From the NCBI GenBank assembly GCA_046598045.1, contig JBKJJJ010000113.1:800-64799 (forward strand): a stretch of DNA of 64,000 nucleotides, written 5' to 3'. The notes under the pieces were generated by a model that was given only the letters and a program-made list of their open reading frames with translations, had not been told where the DNA came from and made no database searches. The DNA comes from Candidatus Eiseniibacteriota bacterium. GTDB taxonomy: Bacteria; Eisenbacteria; RBG-16-71-46; DASYSL01. Shown here piece by piece: positions 16,911 to 26,535 of this stretch. The translations under genes were made by a program, and so were the position numbers. The first letter of the stretch is position 1; the number at the start of each line of letters is the position of its first letter.

Positions 16911-18818
16911 GTGTCCAAGCCGTCCCCCCGTGCGTTCGCCGTGCTGGTCGTGCTGTGCCTGGTCTCCGTGGCCGGAATGGCGCGGGCGCAGCGCGTCTAC
17001 GATCCGCTGTCGACCCCGCGCGCGAAGTTCGTCGCCCCGCTCCTCAACTATCCGGACCCGTCGTACCGCTGCAAGGATTTCTCGCTCATCAAGAAGGGCG
17101 ATTGGTACCACCTGTTCTACACCCGGGTGCGGCGCTTCTCGCCGCGGCACTACCTCGCGGGCGCGACGGAGATCCTGAACGAGACCACGTTCGGCCACGC
17201 CATGTCGACCGACCTCGAGGTCTGGTTCCCGCTCGACACGGTGCTCACCGTGCAGCCGGGCTCGTTCGACGCGCACCACGTCTGGGCCCCGAGCGTGGTC
17301 GAGAAGAACGGCGTGTACTGGATGTTCTACACCGGCGTGGTGGACGCCCAGCTCTCGAGCGGCGCCGAGGACTGGGTGCCGCGCACGCAGGTCATCGGGG
17401 CGGCGTACTCGACCGACGCCTACCTGCGGACCTGGACGCGCGTGCCCCAGCCGGTCTGGGCGGCGTGCGCGGGCAACGGCCTGCCGGGCGCCCCCTGGGC
17501 GCTGTGCATCCCGACGCTCCCGGGCGGGACCGCCGACTTTCGGGATCCGTTCGTTCTGCCGCCGCCGGCCGGCGCGCCGGCGGGGACACCGTGGTTGCTC
17601 TATTACACGGCGCGGCCGCGCAGCGACCAGTACAACTACGTGGTCGGCGTCGCCCAATCGTCGACCGGGCCGGGAGGCGCCTGGAGCGACGTCGGCGCGC
17701 TGTGGGACACCTACAGCCCGACCGGCAATTCGACACTCGAGTCGCCCCACGTGTTCCAGCATGACGGCTTGTGGAACATGTTCACCACCGGCGACCTCGG
17801 CCTCTACGGCATCCTGTGGAACACCGCGCTCGTACCCGCGACCGGCCCCTGGCAGGTGCACGGCCCGATCTCCTTCATGCTCCAGGGCAAGAAGGACGTG
17901 CCCTACGACTACAATCTCGAGCCCGAGTACTGGTTCGCCTCCGAGCACTTCAGAGAGTCGGCCCCGGTGACGCCGTCCGACTATTTCTGCGTCGTGCATG
18001 CCTATGACGCGCCGCCCCAGTTCAACCCGCCGACTGGCGCGGGCGAGGACATCTCGATCATCGAGTTCCGGCAGATGATCTGGCACCCCGACGGGTCGTT
18101 CGACCTGGCCGCGCCGAATCCCGTGCGCTCGGTCGACGCGTCCACCCCGAAGGCGCGTGTCGGCGACCGGATCCAGCTCATGATCGGCGTCGACGCCGGG
18201 GTGGGCCGGCAGGCCGACCTCGAGGTCGTGCGCGTGGTCGGGCTGCAGGAGACTCCGGTTGCGCCACAGGCGGTCGGGCTGCCCGCGACGGTGCCGCTCG
18301 GGTACCAGTCGGGCACGATCAACGTGCCCTGGCCCGTGCTCGGGGGCGGATTCCCGCTGCCCGCCACGTTCGACGTGCGGATCGCGAATCAGCCTCTCCA
18401 GGCCTGGGCGCGGGTGACCGTGAGCGCGGTCGAGGGCAGCATCGAACAGGTCCCGGCCGACGCGCCGATCACGCGTGCGAACCCTGCGGGCGCGCTCGCC
18501 CGCGCGCCGGGCGTGGGCAACATCGGCCCCGCTCCGCTGGGAGTCGTGAGCCTGCGCGAAGTCGGATCGACGCCGCTGGGCGGGGGTCGCGGCCTCCTGG
18601 TCGAGATGCCCGCGGCCGGCGCGGCGCGGATCGAGATCTTCGACGTCCTCGGTCGCCGGGTTCGGGGCCTGGGCGATCGCGAGCTGCCCCGCGGCTCGAC
18701 CATCGAATCGTGGGACGCCCGCGACGACGCGGGGCGCGCGGTCCAGCGCGGGATCTACTTCGCCCGCGTGACCACCCCGTTCGGCCGCGCCAGCGCCCGC
18801 TTCCTGATCCTCGATTAG
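16911..18818 (+). CDS. Secreted five-bladed beta-propeller glycoside-hydrolase-like protein (GH32/43/68 clan) with a FlgD-Ig/T9SS-like C-terminal domain
   Basis: GTG start with signal peptide (AFAVLVVLCLVSVAGMARAQ). WYHLFYT, HVWAPSVVEKNGVYWMFYTG, FRDPFV and ESPHVFQHDGLWNMF resemble propeller blades of this clan. The C-terminus IEIFDVLGRRVRGL...GIYFARV is homologous to the tail of the 10652..12916 protein. Confidence 0.7.
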   Translation: MSKPSPRAFAVLVVLCLVSVAGMARAQRVYDPLSTPRAKFVAPLLNYPDPSYRCKDFSLIKKGDWYHLFYTRVRRFSPRHYLAGATEILNETTFGHAMSTDLEVWFPLDTVLTVQPGSFDAHHVWAPSVVEKNGVYWMFYTGVVDAQLSSGAEDWVPRTQVIGAAYSTDAYLRTWTRVPQPVWAACAGNGLPGAPWALCIPTLPGGTADFRDPFVLPPPAGAPAGTPWLLYYTARPRSDQYNYVVGVAQSSTGPGGAWSDVGALWDTYSPTGNSTLESPHVFQHDGLWNMFTTGDLGLYGILWNTALVPATGPWQVHGPISFMLQGKKDVPYDYNLEPEYWFASEHFRESAPVTPSDYFCVVHAYDAPPQFNPPTGAGEDISIIEFRQMIWHPDGSFDLAAPNPVRSVDASTPKARVGDRIQLMIGVDAGVGRQADLEVVRVVGLQETPVAPQAVGLPATVPLGYQSGTINVPWPVLGGGFPLPATFDVRIANQPLQAWARVTVSAVEGSIEQVPADAPITRANPAGALARAPGVGNIGPAPLGVVSLREVGSTPLGGGRGLLVEMPAAGAARIEIFDVLGRRVRGLGDRELPRGSTIESWDARDDAGRAVQRGIYFARVTTPFGRASARFLILD

Positions 18819-18846
18819 CGCGCCCCAATCCTGTAAACTGCGCCGC

Positions 18847-21552
18847 ATGCGCAAGATGACGTCCAGCGAACTCCGACGACGCTTCCGCGACTACTTCGCG
18901 GCCCGCGGCCACACCGTCGTGCCCTCGTCGCCGCTGGCGCCGCTGGGCGACCCGACCCTGCTGTTCACCACCGCGGGCATGGTGCAGTTCAAGCCCTACT
19001 TCGGGCTCGACCCCGAGCGCCTGCCGTACCGCCGCGCGGTCTCCATTCAAAAGTGCCTGCGCCTGACCGACGTCGACAACGTGGGCCGGACGCCGCGCCA
19101 CGACACGTTCTTCGAGATGCTCGGCAATTTCTCGTTCGGCGACTACTTCAAGGCCGAGGCGATCGCGTTCGCGTGGGAGTTCAGCACGGTCGAACTCGGG
19201 CTGCCGATCGACCGCATCCACGTCTCCGTGTTCAACGGCGAGGGCGGCCAGGCGCCCGCGGACGAGGAGGCGCGCGGCTTCTGGCTCGAGTTGGGCGTTG
19301 CGCCGGACCACATCGTGGCGCTCGGCAAGGCCGACAACTTCTGGGGCCCGGCCGGCGGCACGGGCGCGTGCGGCCCGTGCTCGGAGATGTACTACGATCT
19401 CGGGCCCGAGGCCTGCACCTGCGGCGGCAAGTGCGCGCCCGGGGCGGACTGCCCGCGCTACATGGAGTTCTGGAACAACGTGTTCCCGCAGTATGACGCG
19501 CAGGCCGACGGCTCGATGCCGCTGCTCGCGCGGCCAGGCATCGACACGGGCATGGGCCTCGAGCGCCTCGCACTGATCGTGCAGGGCGCGGACTCGATCT
19601 TCGGCACCGACCTGTTCGCGCCCGTGATCGAGGAGGTCGCGAGGCTCGCGGGCCTCACCACGCTGCCGAAGCTCGGCCGGCCCGACGACCCCCAGGGGGT
19701 CGCGCTGGCGATCATCGCCGATCACGTGCGCGCGCTGACGTTCGCGCTCGCCGAGGGCATCGCCCCGTCGAATGAGGGCCGAGGCTACGTGCTCAGGCGC
19801 CTGCTGCGGCGCGCCTCGCGCAATGGCCGCCTGCTCGGGCTGACCGGACCGTTCCTCTCGCGCGCGGCCGAGGTCGTGGTGGACTCGTTCCTCGCCGATT
19901 ACCCCGAGCTGGGGGAGTCGCGCAAGCGCATCGCCGCGGTGATCGGGCGCGAGGAGGAGAACTTCCTGCGCACGTTCGACCGCGGATTGCTGCAGCTGGA
20001 GAAAGTGTTCGCCAGCGAAGCCCACAGGACGGGCGAGAAGATCCTGCGCGGCGAGGAGGTGTTCGAGCTCTACGACACCTACGGTTTCCCGGTCGAGCTG
20101 ACCGAAGAGATTGCCCTCGAAAAGGGCATGGGGATCGATCGCGCCGGCTTCGATGCCGCGATGGCCGCGCAACGGGAGCGGGCGCGCAAGGCGACCAAGT
20201 TCGGCCGGAAGGCCGCCGAGGACGACGTCGGACCCGAGTGGATCTGGCTCGAGGACGTCCAGGAATCGGAGTTCGTCGGCTACGAGACACTGACCGCGGT
20301 CGCGCGCGTGACCCGTTACCGCGTGCTCGGCATGGGCGAAGTCGAGCTCGTGCTCGAGTCGACGCCGTTCTATGCCGAGTCGGGCGGGCAGGTCGCCGAT
20401 GCGGGCACGCTCGAGGGCAGAAACGATTCCGGAATCGTCCGGCTCGAGGTCGTGCACGTGCGCAGGGACGGCGACGCGATCATCCATCGCGCGCGCCTGC
20501 TCGAGGGCACGATGCCCGTGAGTGAAGTCCGCGCCCAGGTCGACGCCGACCCGCGCGCCGCCACGCGCCGGAACCACACCGCGACCCACCTGCTGCACGC
20601 CGCGCTCCGGCGCGTGCTCGGCACGCACGTGCTGCAGGCCGGCTCGCTGGTCGCGCCCGATCGCCTGCGTTTCGACTACTCGCACTTCGAGGCCACGACG
20701 CCCGCGCAGATCACGGCGGTCGAGGACGATGTCAATCGCGCGGTGCTCGCGAACCACCCGGTCGTGGTCGAGCACCACACGCTCGAGGACGCGCGCAACT
20801 CGGGCGCGATCGCGCTCTTCGGCGAGAAGTACGAGGACGAGGTGCGCGTCATCCGGATCGTCGACGATGCGCACGGCGATCTCGTCTCGGCCGAGCTCTG
20901 CGGCGGCACGCACGTCGCGCGCACCGGCGACATCGGCCTGTTCCGCATCCTCGAGGACAGCTCGATCGCCAGCGGCACGCGCCGGCTCGAGGCGGTGACG
21001 GGCCAGCTGCTGGTCGACTGGACGCGCGCCGAGGAACGCCGCCTCGCCGAGATCGCGCGCGCGGTCAACGCCAGCCCCGCCGATGCCCCCGCGCGCGTCG
21101 CGCAGCTGCTCTCCGAGCTCGCCGCGCTCAAGGCCGAGCTCGAGGAGAGCAGGAAGGGCGGCCTCCTCGATGCGGTCAGGACGCTCGCCGTGAAAAAAGT
21201 CGACGGGCAGAAGGGCGCGTGGGTCGTGGGCACGTTGCCGCCCGCTGACGGCGGCGCGTTGCGCGAGGCCGCCGACGTCGCGCGCGGCGTGCTCGGCACC
21301 GGCGCGGCCGCGTTCGCGTGCGTGGGCGACGGCAAGGTGGCGTGGCTCGCGGTCGTGACCGACGACCTGGCGTCGTCCAAGGCGCTGCTTGCCGGCGACA
21401 TCCTCAAGGCCGGCGGCGTGGGCGGCGGCGGCAAGCCGAATCTCGCGCAGGGCGGCGGCAAGGACGTGGCGCAGGTGCCTGATCAACTGCGCAAGATGGC
21501 GGAGTTCCTGGCGGCGCGGCTCGACAGCGCGATGGCCGAGACCTGGACATGA
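18847..21552 (+). CDS. alaS: Alanine--tRNA ligase
   Basis: FFEMLGNFSFGDYFK, WGPAGGTGACGPCSEMYYD and EFWNNVF. Editing domain HTATHLLHAALR. C-terminal CGGTH and a DHHA1-like end. Confidence 0.97.
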   Translation: MRKMTSSELRRRFRDYFAARGHTVVPSSPLAPLGDPTLLFTTAGMVQFKPYFGLDPERLPYRRAVSIQKCLRLTDVDNVGRTPRHDTFFEMLGNFSFGDYFKAEAIAFAWEFSTVELGLPIDRIHVSVFNGEGGQAPADEEARGFWLELGVAPDHIVALGKADNFWGPAGGTGACGPCSEMYYDLGPEACTCGGKCAPGADCPRYMEFWNNVFPQYDAQADGSMPLLARPGIDTGMGLERLALIVQGADSIFGTDLFAPVIEEVARLAGLTTLPKLGRPDDPQGVALAIIADHVRALTFALAEGIAPSNEGRGYVLRRLLRRASRNGRLLGLTGPFLSRAAEVVVDSFLADYPELGESRKRIAAVIGREEENFLRTFDRGLLQLEKVFASEAHRTGEKILRGEEVFELYDTYGFPVELTEEIALEKGMGIDRAGFDAAMAAQRERARKATKFGRKAAEDDVGPEWIWLEDVQESEFVGYETLTAVARVTRYRVLGMGEVELVLESTPFYAESGGQVADAGTLEGRNDSGIVRLEVVHVRRDGDAIIHRARLLEGTMPVSEVRAQVDADPRAATRRNHTATHLLHAALRRVLGTHVLQAGSLVAPDRLRFDYSHFEATTPAQITAVEDDVNRAVLANHPVVVEHHTLEDARNSGAIALFGEKYEDEVRVIRIVDDAHGDLVSAELCGGTHVARTGDIGLFRILEDSSIASGTRRLEAVTGQLLVDWTRAEERRLAEIARAVNASPADAPARVAQLLSELAALKAELEESRKGGLLDAVRTLAVKKVDGQKGAWVVGTLPPADGGALREAADVARGVLGTGAAAFACVGDGKVAWLAVVTDDLASSKALLAGDILKAGGVGGGGKPNLAQGGGKDVAQVPDQLRKMAEFLAARLDSAMAETWT

Positions 21553-21571
21553 ACCGCACGCGGGAGGCCCG

Positions 21572-22636
21572 TTGAAGGGACTCATTCTCTCCGGCGGCCG
21601 CGGCACGCGGCTGCGCCCGATCACGCACACGAGCGCCAAGCAACTGGTGCCGGTGGCGAACAAGCCGATCCTGTTCTACGGCCTCGAGGCCATCGTCGAG
21701 GCGGGCATCAGCGAGATCGGCATCGTGGTCGGCGACACGCACGCCGAAATCCGCGAGGCGGTGGGGGACGGATCGCGCTTCGGCGCGAAGGTCACCTACA
21801 TCCAGCAATCGGCGCCACTCGGCCTGGCCCACGCGGTCAAGGAGTCGAAGCCGTTCCTCGAGGACGACCCGTTCGTCATGTACCTGGGCGACAACTTCCT
21901 GCGCGAGGGCATCACCGGCTTCGTCAAGGAGTTCGAGCAGCACCGCCCGGACGCGCAGATCCTGCTCGTCCCGGTGCCGAACCCGCAGGACTTCGGCGTC
22001 GCCGAGCTCGCGGGCGAGCGCGTGCTGCGCCTCGAGGAGAAGCCGAAGGCGCCGAAATCGAACCTCGCGCTGGTCGGCGTGTACATGTTCACGAGCAGCG
22101 TGTGGGCGGCGGTCGACGGCATCAAGCCCAGCCCGCGCGGGGAGCTCGAGATCACCGACGCGCTGCAGTGGCTGATCGACCACGGCAAGACCGTGCGCTC
22201 GCATGTGATCACCGGCTGGTGGAAGGACACCGGCAAGCTCGAGGACATGCTCGAGGCCAACCGCATGGCGATGTCGCACTGGGAGACGCGCATCGAGGGC
22301 GAGGTCGACCAGGCCTCGGTGGTCGAGGGCGCGGTCGTGATCGAAAAGGGCGCGCGGGTGGTGCGCTCGCGCCTGCGCGGGCCGCTCATCCTCGGCCCGG
22401 GCGTGGTGGTGGAGGACGCGTACGTCGGCCCGTTCACAGCCATCGCCGAGGGCGCGCGCATCTCGCGCGCCGAGGTCGAGCACTCGATCGTGCTCGAGCG
22501 CAGCGTGATCGAGGACGTGCCGACGCGCATCGACTCGAGCCTGATCGGCAAGGACGTCGTCGTCACCAAGAGCCCGGACCGGCCGCGCGCGCACCACATC
22601 ATGGTGGGCGACTCGAGCCGGGTCGAGCTGGCCTGA
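21572..22636 (+). CDS. Sugar-1-phosphate nucleotidyltransferase, long-form glucose-1-phosphate thymidylyltransferase-like (N-terminal NTP-transferase plus C-terminal left-handed beta-helix)
   Basis: LKGLILSGGRGTRLRPITHTSAKQLVPVANKP (GGxGTRLxPxT motif). Hexapeptide-like repeats occur in the last approximately 100 aa. TTG start at 21572 follows GGGAGG. Confidence 0.8.
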   Translation: MKGLILSGGRGTRLRPITHTSAKQLVPVANKPILFYGLEAIVEAGISEIGIVVGDTHAEIREAVGDGSRFGAKVTYIQQSAPLGLAHAVKESKPFLEDDPFVMYLGDNFLREGITGFVKEFEQHRPDAQILLVPVPNPQDFGVAELAGERVLRLEEKPKAPKSNLALVGVYMFTSSVWAAVDGIKPSPRGELEITDALQWLIDHGKTVRSHVITGWWKDTGKLEDMLEANRMAMSHWETRIEGEVDQASVVEGAVVIEKGARVVRSRLRGPLILGPGVVVEDAYVGPFTAIAEGARISRAEVEHSIVLERSVIEDVPTRIDSSLIGKDVVVTKSPDRPRAHHIMVGDSSRVELA

Positions 22637-22668
22637 GGCAGACGAGCGCTCCGCGCCCGGCCCATCCC

Positions 22669-23532
22669 ATGCGCATCCTCGTCACCGGCGGTCACGGCAT
22701 GCTCGGCCAGGATCTCCTCCCGTTGCTCGCCCAGGCCGGCCACGACGTGCGCGCGCCGCGCCATGCCGACGCGCCGCTGGAGGAGAAGGGCACGCTCGAG
22801 GCCTGGCTCGGCGGCTGGACGCCCGAGCAGGTCATCCACCTCGCCGCCTACACCGACGTCGACGGCTGCGAGAAGGACGAGGCCCGCGCCCGCGCGTCGA
22901 ACGCCGTCGCGACCGAGCGTGTGGCCGCGCTCGCGTTCCGCTGGGACGCGCACATGACCTACCTCAGCACCGACTACGTGTTCGACGGCAGCGCGCAGAG
23001 CCCGATCCCGCCCGAGGCGCACCCGTCGCCGCTCAATGTCTATGGCCGCACCAAGCTGCTGGGCGAGGACGCGGTGCGCCGCATCGTGTCCCGGCACTGG
23101 ATCGTGCGCGTGTCGTGGCTGTGCGGGCCCCTGGGGCGCAACTTCGTCGCCGCGATCAAGGCGCGCATAGCCGCCGGCCAGCCGCTCTCGGTGGTCGACG
23201 ACCAGCGCGGGCGGCCGACGTTCACGTTCGATCTCGCGCCCGCGCTCGTACGCCTCGCCGCGAGCGCCGCGCCGGGCACGTACCACCTCGCGAACCAGGG
23301 CGAGTGCACCTGGTACGAGTTCGCCGCCGAGATCCTGCGCCGCTCCGGCGCGGCGGTGCCGCTCAAGCGCACGACCACGCTCGAACTCAATCGCCCGGCG
23401 CTCCGGCCGGGATATTCCGTGCTCGACACCACGAAGGCCGACCAGGCGCTCGGGGCGCCACTCCCGACCTGGCAGGATGCTCTCGAACGTTACGATCGCG
23501 CGGCGCCCGCGCGTGGAGCCACCCATGCCTGA
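22669..23532 (+). CDS. rfbD: dTDP-4-dehydrorhamnose reductase
   Basis: MRILVTGGHGMLGQDL (Rossmann), AAYTDVDGCE, STDYVFDG and YGRTKLLGE (YxxxK). Confidence 0.85.
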   Translation: MRILVTGGHGMLGQDLLPLLAQAGHDVRAPRHADAPLEEKGTLEAWLGGWTPEQVIHLAAYTDVDGCEKDEARARASNAVATERVAALAFRWDAHMTYLSTDYVFDGSAQSPIPPEAHPSPLNVYGRTKLLGEDAVRRIVSRHWIVRVSWLCGPLGRNFVAAIKARIAAGQPLSVVDDQRGRPTFTFDLAPALVRLAASAAPGTYHLANQGECTWYEFAAEILRRSGAAVPLKRTTTLELNRPALRPGYSVLDTTKADQALGAPLPTWQDALERYDRAAPARGATHA

Positions 23533-24187
23533 GACCACAGCCGCCGATCTCGCCGCCGACGCGCGGCGCTACCTCGACACCACGGCGGCGACGCTGGCCG
23601 CGCTCGCCGCGTCCGAGGCGCCGCGCCTCGCCGCGGTCTCCGCGCTGCTGGCAAACCGCCTGCGCGCGGGACAGACGCTGTTCACCTGCGGCAACGGTGG
23701 GTCGGCCGCGGACGCGCAACACATCGCGGCCGAGCTCTCCGGCAAGTTCTACCTGCATCGCCCCGGGCTGCCCGCGATGGCGCTGACGACCAACACCAGC
23801 GCGCTCACCGCGATCGCGAACGACTTCTCGTACGACGAGGTGTTCTCGCGCCAGCTCGAGGCGCAGGCGCGGCCGGGCGACGTGCTGTTCGTGCTCACGA
23901 CCAGCGGACGCTCGGCGAACTGCCGCAAGGCGGTCGAGTGGGCGCGCGCGAACGGCGTGACCACGGTCGCGTTCACCGGCTCGAAGGGCATCGACTTCGC
24001 CGACCTGTGCGACCATGCGTTCGTGGTCGCCTCGGACGACACGCCGCACGTGCAGGAGGCGCACATCACGCTCGGGCACGCGCTGTGCGCGCTCGCCGAG
24101 GCCGCGCTCTACGGGCCCGCGGGCACGCCGCCGGCCACCGAGCGCGCGATCCTGGCCGCGGGCGGGACGACGGGCGGCGGGCGCTGA
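23525..24187 (+). CDS. gmhA: SIS-domain sugar isomerase, D-sedoheptulose-7-phosphate isomerase-like
   Basis: LFTCGNGGSAADAQHIAAEL, ALTTNTSALTAIANDFSYDEVFSRQLE and DVLFVLTTSGRSAN. The ATG overlaps the rfbD stop. Confidence 0.8.
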   Translation: MPETTAADLAADARRYLDTTAATLAALAASEAPRLAAVSALLANRLRAGQTLFTCGNGGSAADAQHIAAELSGKFYLHRPGLPAMALTTNTSALTAIANDFSYDEVFSRQLEAQARPGDVLFVLTTSGRSANCRKAVEWARANGVTTVAFTGSKGIDFADLCDHAFVVASDDTPHVQEAHITLGHALCALAEAALYGPAGTPPATERAILAAGGTTGGGR

Positions 24188-24191
24188 GCGC

Positions 24192-25079
24192 GTGAACGCG
24201 TACCTCGAGGCGCTCCGGCCGACGCAGTGGGTCAAGAACGGTCTCGTGTTCGCGGGCGTGCTGTTCGCGGGCACGCTCGCCGATCCGCGGGCGCTCGGCC
24301 GGGCGGCGCTCGGGTTCCTCGCGTTCTCGCTGCTCTCGGGCGCGGTCTACCTGTTCAACGACCTGCGCGACGCCCAGGCGGACCGGCTTCACCCGCGCAA
24401 GCGCCTGCGGCCGATCGCCTCGGGCCGGCTCCCGGTCGGCGCGGCGTGGGTGGAGTTCGTGATCGTGGGCGCGGTCGCGGCGGCGCTGTCGTGGTTCCTC
24501 GGCCCGTGGTTCGCGGCCACGGCCGCGGGCTACTTCGGGCTCAACCTGGCCTACTCACTGGGCCTCAAGAACGTCGTGCTGGTCGACGTGATGGCGATCG
24601 CGAGCGGCTTCGTACTGCGCGCCATCGCCGGCGTCGAGCTGCTACGCCCGCTCCGGCCGGACGTCGAGCTCTCGCCGTGGCTCCTCATGTGCACGTTCTT
24701 CCTCGCGCTCTTCATGGCATGCGGCAAGCGTCGGCAGGAGCTGCTCCACCAGGACACCGGGGAGGCCGAGGGCCGGCGTCGCGTGCTGCTCTCGTACAAC
24801 GCCCCGTTCCTCGACACGCTGGTCACCGTCTGCGCGGCGACGACGCTCGTGTCGTATGCGATCTACACGATCTGGCCGGGCACGGTCGAGAAGTTCCATA
24901 CCACGGCGCTCCTGTGGACCGTCCCGTTCGTGGCCTACGGCGTGTTCCGCTACCTGTGGCTCACGCGGGTGGGGGACGAGGGCGAGGATCCCTCCTCGAC
25001 CGTGATCGCCGATCGGCCGCTGATCGTCTCGGTCCTGCTGTGGCTCGCCACCGTCGCCGTCGTGCTCTACCTGCGGTGA
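24192..25079 (+). CDS. UbiA-family prenyltransferase, decaprenyl-phosphate phosphoribosyltransferase-like
   Basis: RPTQWVKNGLVF and YLFNDLRDAQADRLHPRKRLRPIASG (NDxxDxxxD motif). 8-9 TM segments. GTG start. Confidence 0.75.
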   Translation: MNAYLEALRPTQWVKNGLVFAGVLFAGTLADPRALGRAALGFLAFSLLSGAVYLFNDLRDAQADRLHPRKRLRPIASGRLPVGAAWVEFVIVGAVAAALSWFLGPWFAATAAGYFGLNLAYSLGLKNVVLVDVMAIASGFVLRAIAGVELLRPLRPDVELSPWLLMCTFFLALFMACGKRRQELLHQDTGEAEGRRRVLLSYNAPFLDTLVTVCAATTLVSYAIYTIWPGTVEKFHTTALLWTVPFVAYGVFRYLWLTRVGDEGEDPSSTVIADRPLIVSVLLWLATVAVVLYLR

Positions 25080-26032
25080 GCCGGCGCCGCGCGGCGCAGC
25101 CGCCCTCTGCGGCGCGGCCGCCCGCCGTGGCGCGCGCGCGCGCGGTGCGTCTCGACGCCTACGCCAAGGTCAATCTCGGGCTCCTGGTCGGGCCGAAGCG
25201 CCCCGACGGCTACCACGAGATCGCGACCACGCTGTGCGCGATCTCGCTCCACGACACGCTCGAGTTCGCGCCCCGCGCGCGCGGCTTCACGCTCGCCGTC
25301 GACGGCCCCGAGGCGCGCGGCGTCCCGAGGACGCGCGCCAACCTCGTGCTGCGCGCGGCGCATGCGCTCGCGGCCGCGCTCGGCGAGACGCGCGGAGCTG
25401 CCATCCGCCTCACCAAGCGCGTGCCCCACGGCGCGGGCCTGGGCGGCGGATCGAGCGACGCGGCCGCGACCTTGCGCGGTCTTGCGCTCCTGTGGCGCCG
25501 GCGCGTGCCGCGGGCGCGCCTGGCAGAGGTCGCCCAGAGCCGCGGGAGCGACGTCCCGTTCTTCCTCGGCCCCAGTCCGGCATTCGCGACGGGGCGCGGC
25601 GAGCAACTCTTCCCGCTGGCGCCGATCGCGCCACCGCTTCGGGTGTTGATTTTGGTACCAAACGTCGTGGTCTCGACCAAATGGACCTACGGCCGGTACG
25701 TCATCCCGAAAAGCCGGTTGACAGGTTGGAAGCGGATGGCTAGGCTTCTACAACTTCGGTCCGAAGTGATTGGCGGATCAAAGTTTAAGAAGAATTTTTC
25801 AAACGATCTCGAAACCGTGGTCCTGCCGCACACCCCGGCGGTCCGCAAAGCCCTTGCGGCGTTGCGAGCTAGCGGGGTTCAGGCAGTCCGGATGTCGGGC
25901 AGTGGATCAGCGGTATTCGGGGTCTCGGACTCGACGCGCGACCTGAAGCGCGCCGCGGCCGGGTTGGGCAGCACAGGTCTCAGGGTTTACGTGGCCCGCT
26001 CGATGCGAGTGGGTTCGCGACCGCGTCGGTGA
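25076..26032 (+). CDS. ispE: 4-diphosphocytidyl-2-C-methyl-D-erythritol kinase
   Basis: AYAKVNLGLLVGPKRPDGYHEI, the GHMP motif KRVPHGAGLGGGSSDAAATL, GSDVPFFL and MSGSGSAVFG. The GTG start overlaps the previous stop, and the exact start is uncertain. Confidence 0.85.
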   Translation: MSRRRAAQPPSAARPPAVARARAVRLDAYAKVNLGLLVGPKRPDGYHEIATTLCAISLHDTLEFAPRARGFTLAVDGPEARGVPRTRANLVLRAAHALAAALGETRGAAIRLTKRVPHGAGLGGGSSDAAATLRGLALLWRRRVPRARLAEVAQSRGSDVPFFLGPSPAFATGRGEQLFPLAPIAPPLRVLILVPNVVVSTKWTYGRYVIPKSRLTGWKRMARLLQLRSEVIGGSKFKKNFSNDLETVVLPHTPAVRKALAALRASGVQAVRMSGSGSAVFGVSDSTRDLKRAAAGLGSTGLRVYVARSMRVGSRPRR

Positions 26033-26149
26033 GCGCCCTCTGGACAGCCCGAGCAGGGTTGTCTGCGCCGACGCACACTCCCGGCCGATACGCTCCCCAG
26101 TGCGTATCGGGGGCCGGCGATGGAATCGCCTGCCAGAGGTGGACCACCA

Positions 26150-26458
26150 ATGCTGCGAATCACGGAAGTCCGTGTCTCGCTACGGGACGACGCCAAGCTC
26201 AAGGCTTTTGCCAGCATCACCCTGGAGAACTGTTTCGTGATCCGGGGACTCAAGGTCATTGAAGGCAACAACAACCGCATGTTCGTCGCGATGCCCAGCC
26301 GCAAGCGCCCCGACGGCAAGCACCAGGACCTGGCGCACCCCATCACCAAGGAAATGCGCCAGCACATCGAAACCGTGATCATCGGCAAGTACGAGGAAGA
26401 GAAGGGGCGGGGCGCGAGCCCGCAGGAGTACGACGAATCCGAGATTTTTGCCGACTGA
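26150..26458 (+). CDS. spoVG: Septation/regulatory protein SpoVG
   Basis: MLRITEVRVSLRDDAKLKAFASITLENCFVIRGLKVIEGNNNRMFVAMPSRKRPDGKHQDLAHPI is the near-invariant SpoVG core. The ATG follows GAGGTGG. Confidence 0.9.
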   Translation: MLRITEVRVSLRDDAKLKAFASITLENCFVIRGLKVIEGNNNRMFVAMPSRKRPDGKHQDLAHPITKEMRQHIETVIIGKYEEEKGRGASPQEYDESEIFAD

Positions 26459-26535
26459 AACGGGCGGGTCGCAGCCGGCTCAAGATTTCTCGACCCGCCT
26501 CACACCCCGCCTCCCGGCGGGTGTAGATTGGCGCC

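Noticed and set aside
18469-21663. A 1064-aa minus-strand ORF covering all of alaS. Similar cases: 48850..51429 opposite smc, 16437..18854, 8455..10983, 1903..3315, 12906..14285, 15019..16440 and 21796..23538.
   Set aside because: These are antisense to genes with unambiguous conserved motifs. Their translations are Arg/Ala/Gly/Pro/His-rich low-complexity strings with no motifs, the typical shadow ORFs of about 70% GC DNA where stop codons are rare.
25640-25830. An AT-richer patch inside ispE containing TTGACA, considered as an insertion or an internal promoter for spoVG.
   Set aside because: The reading frame is continuous and the flanking protein segments (LILVP...ST, NDLE, MSGSGSAVFG) are in the normal IspE order. 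A promoter cannot be supported without a convincing -10 at proper spacing.
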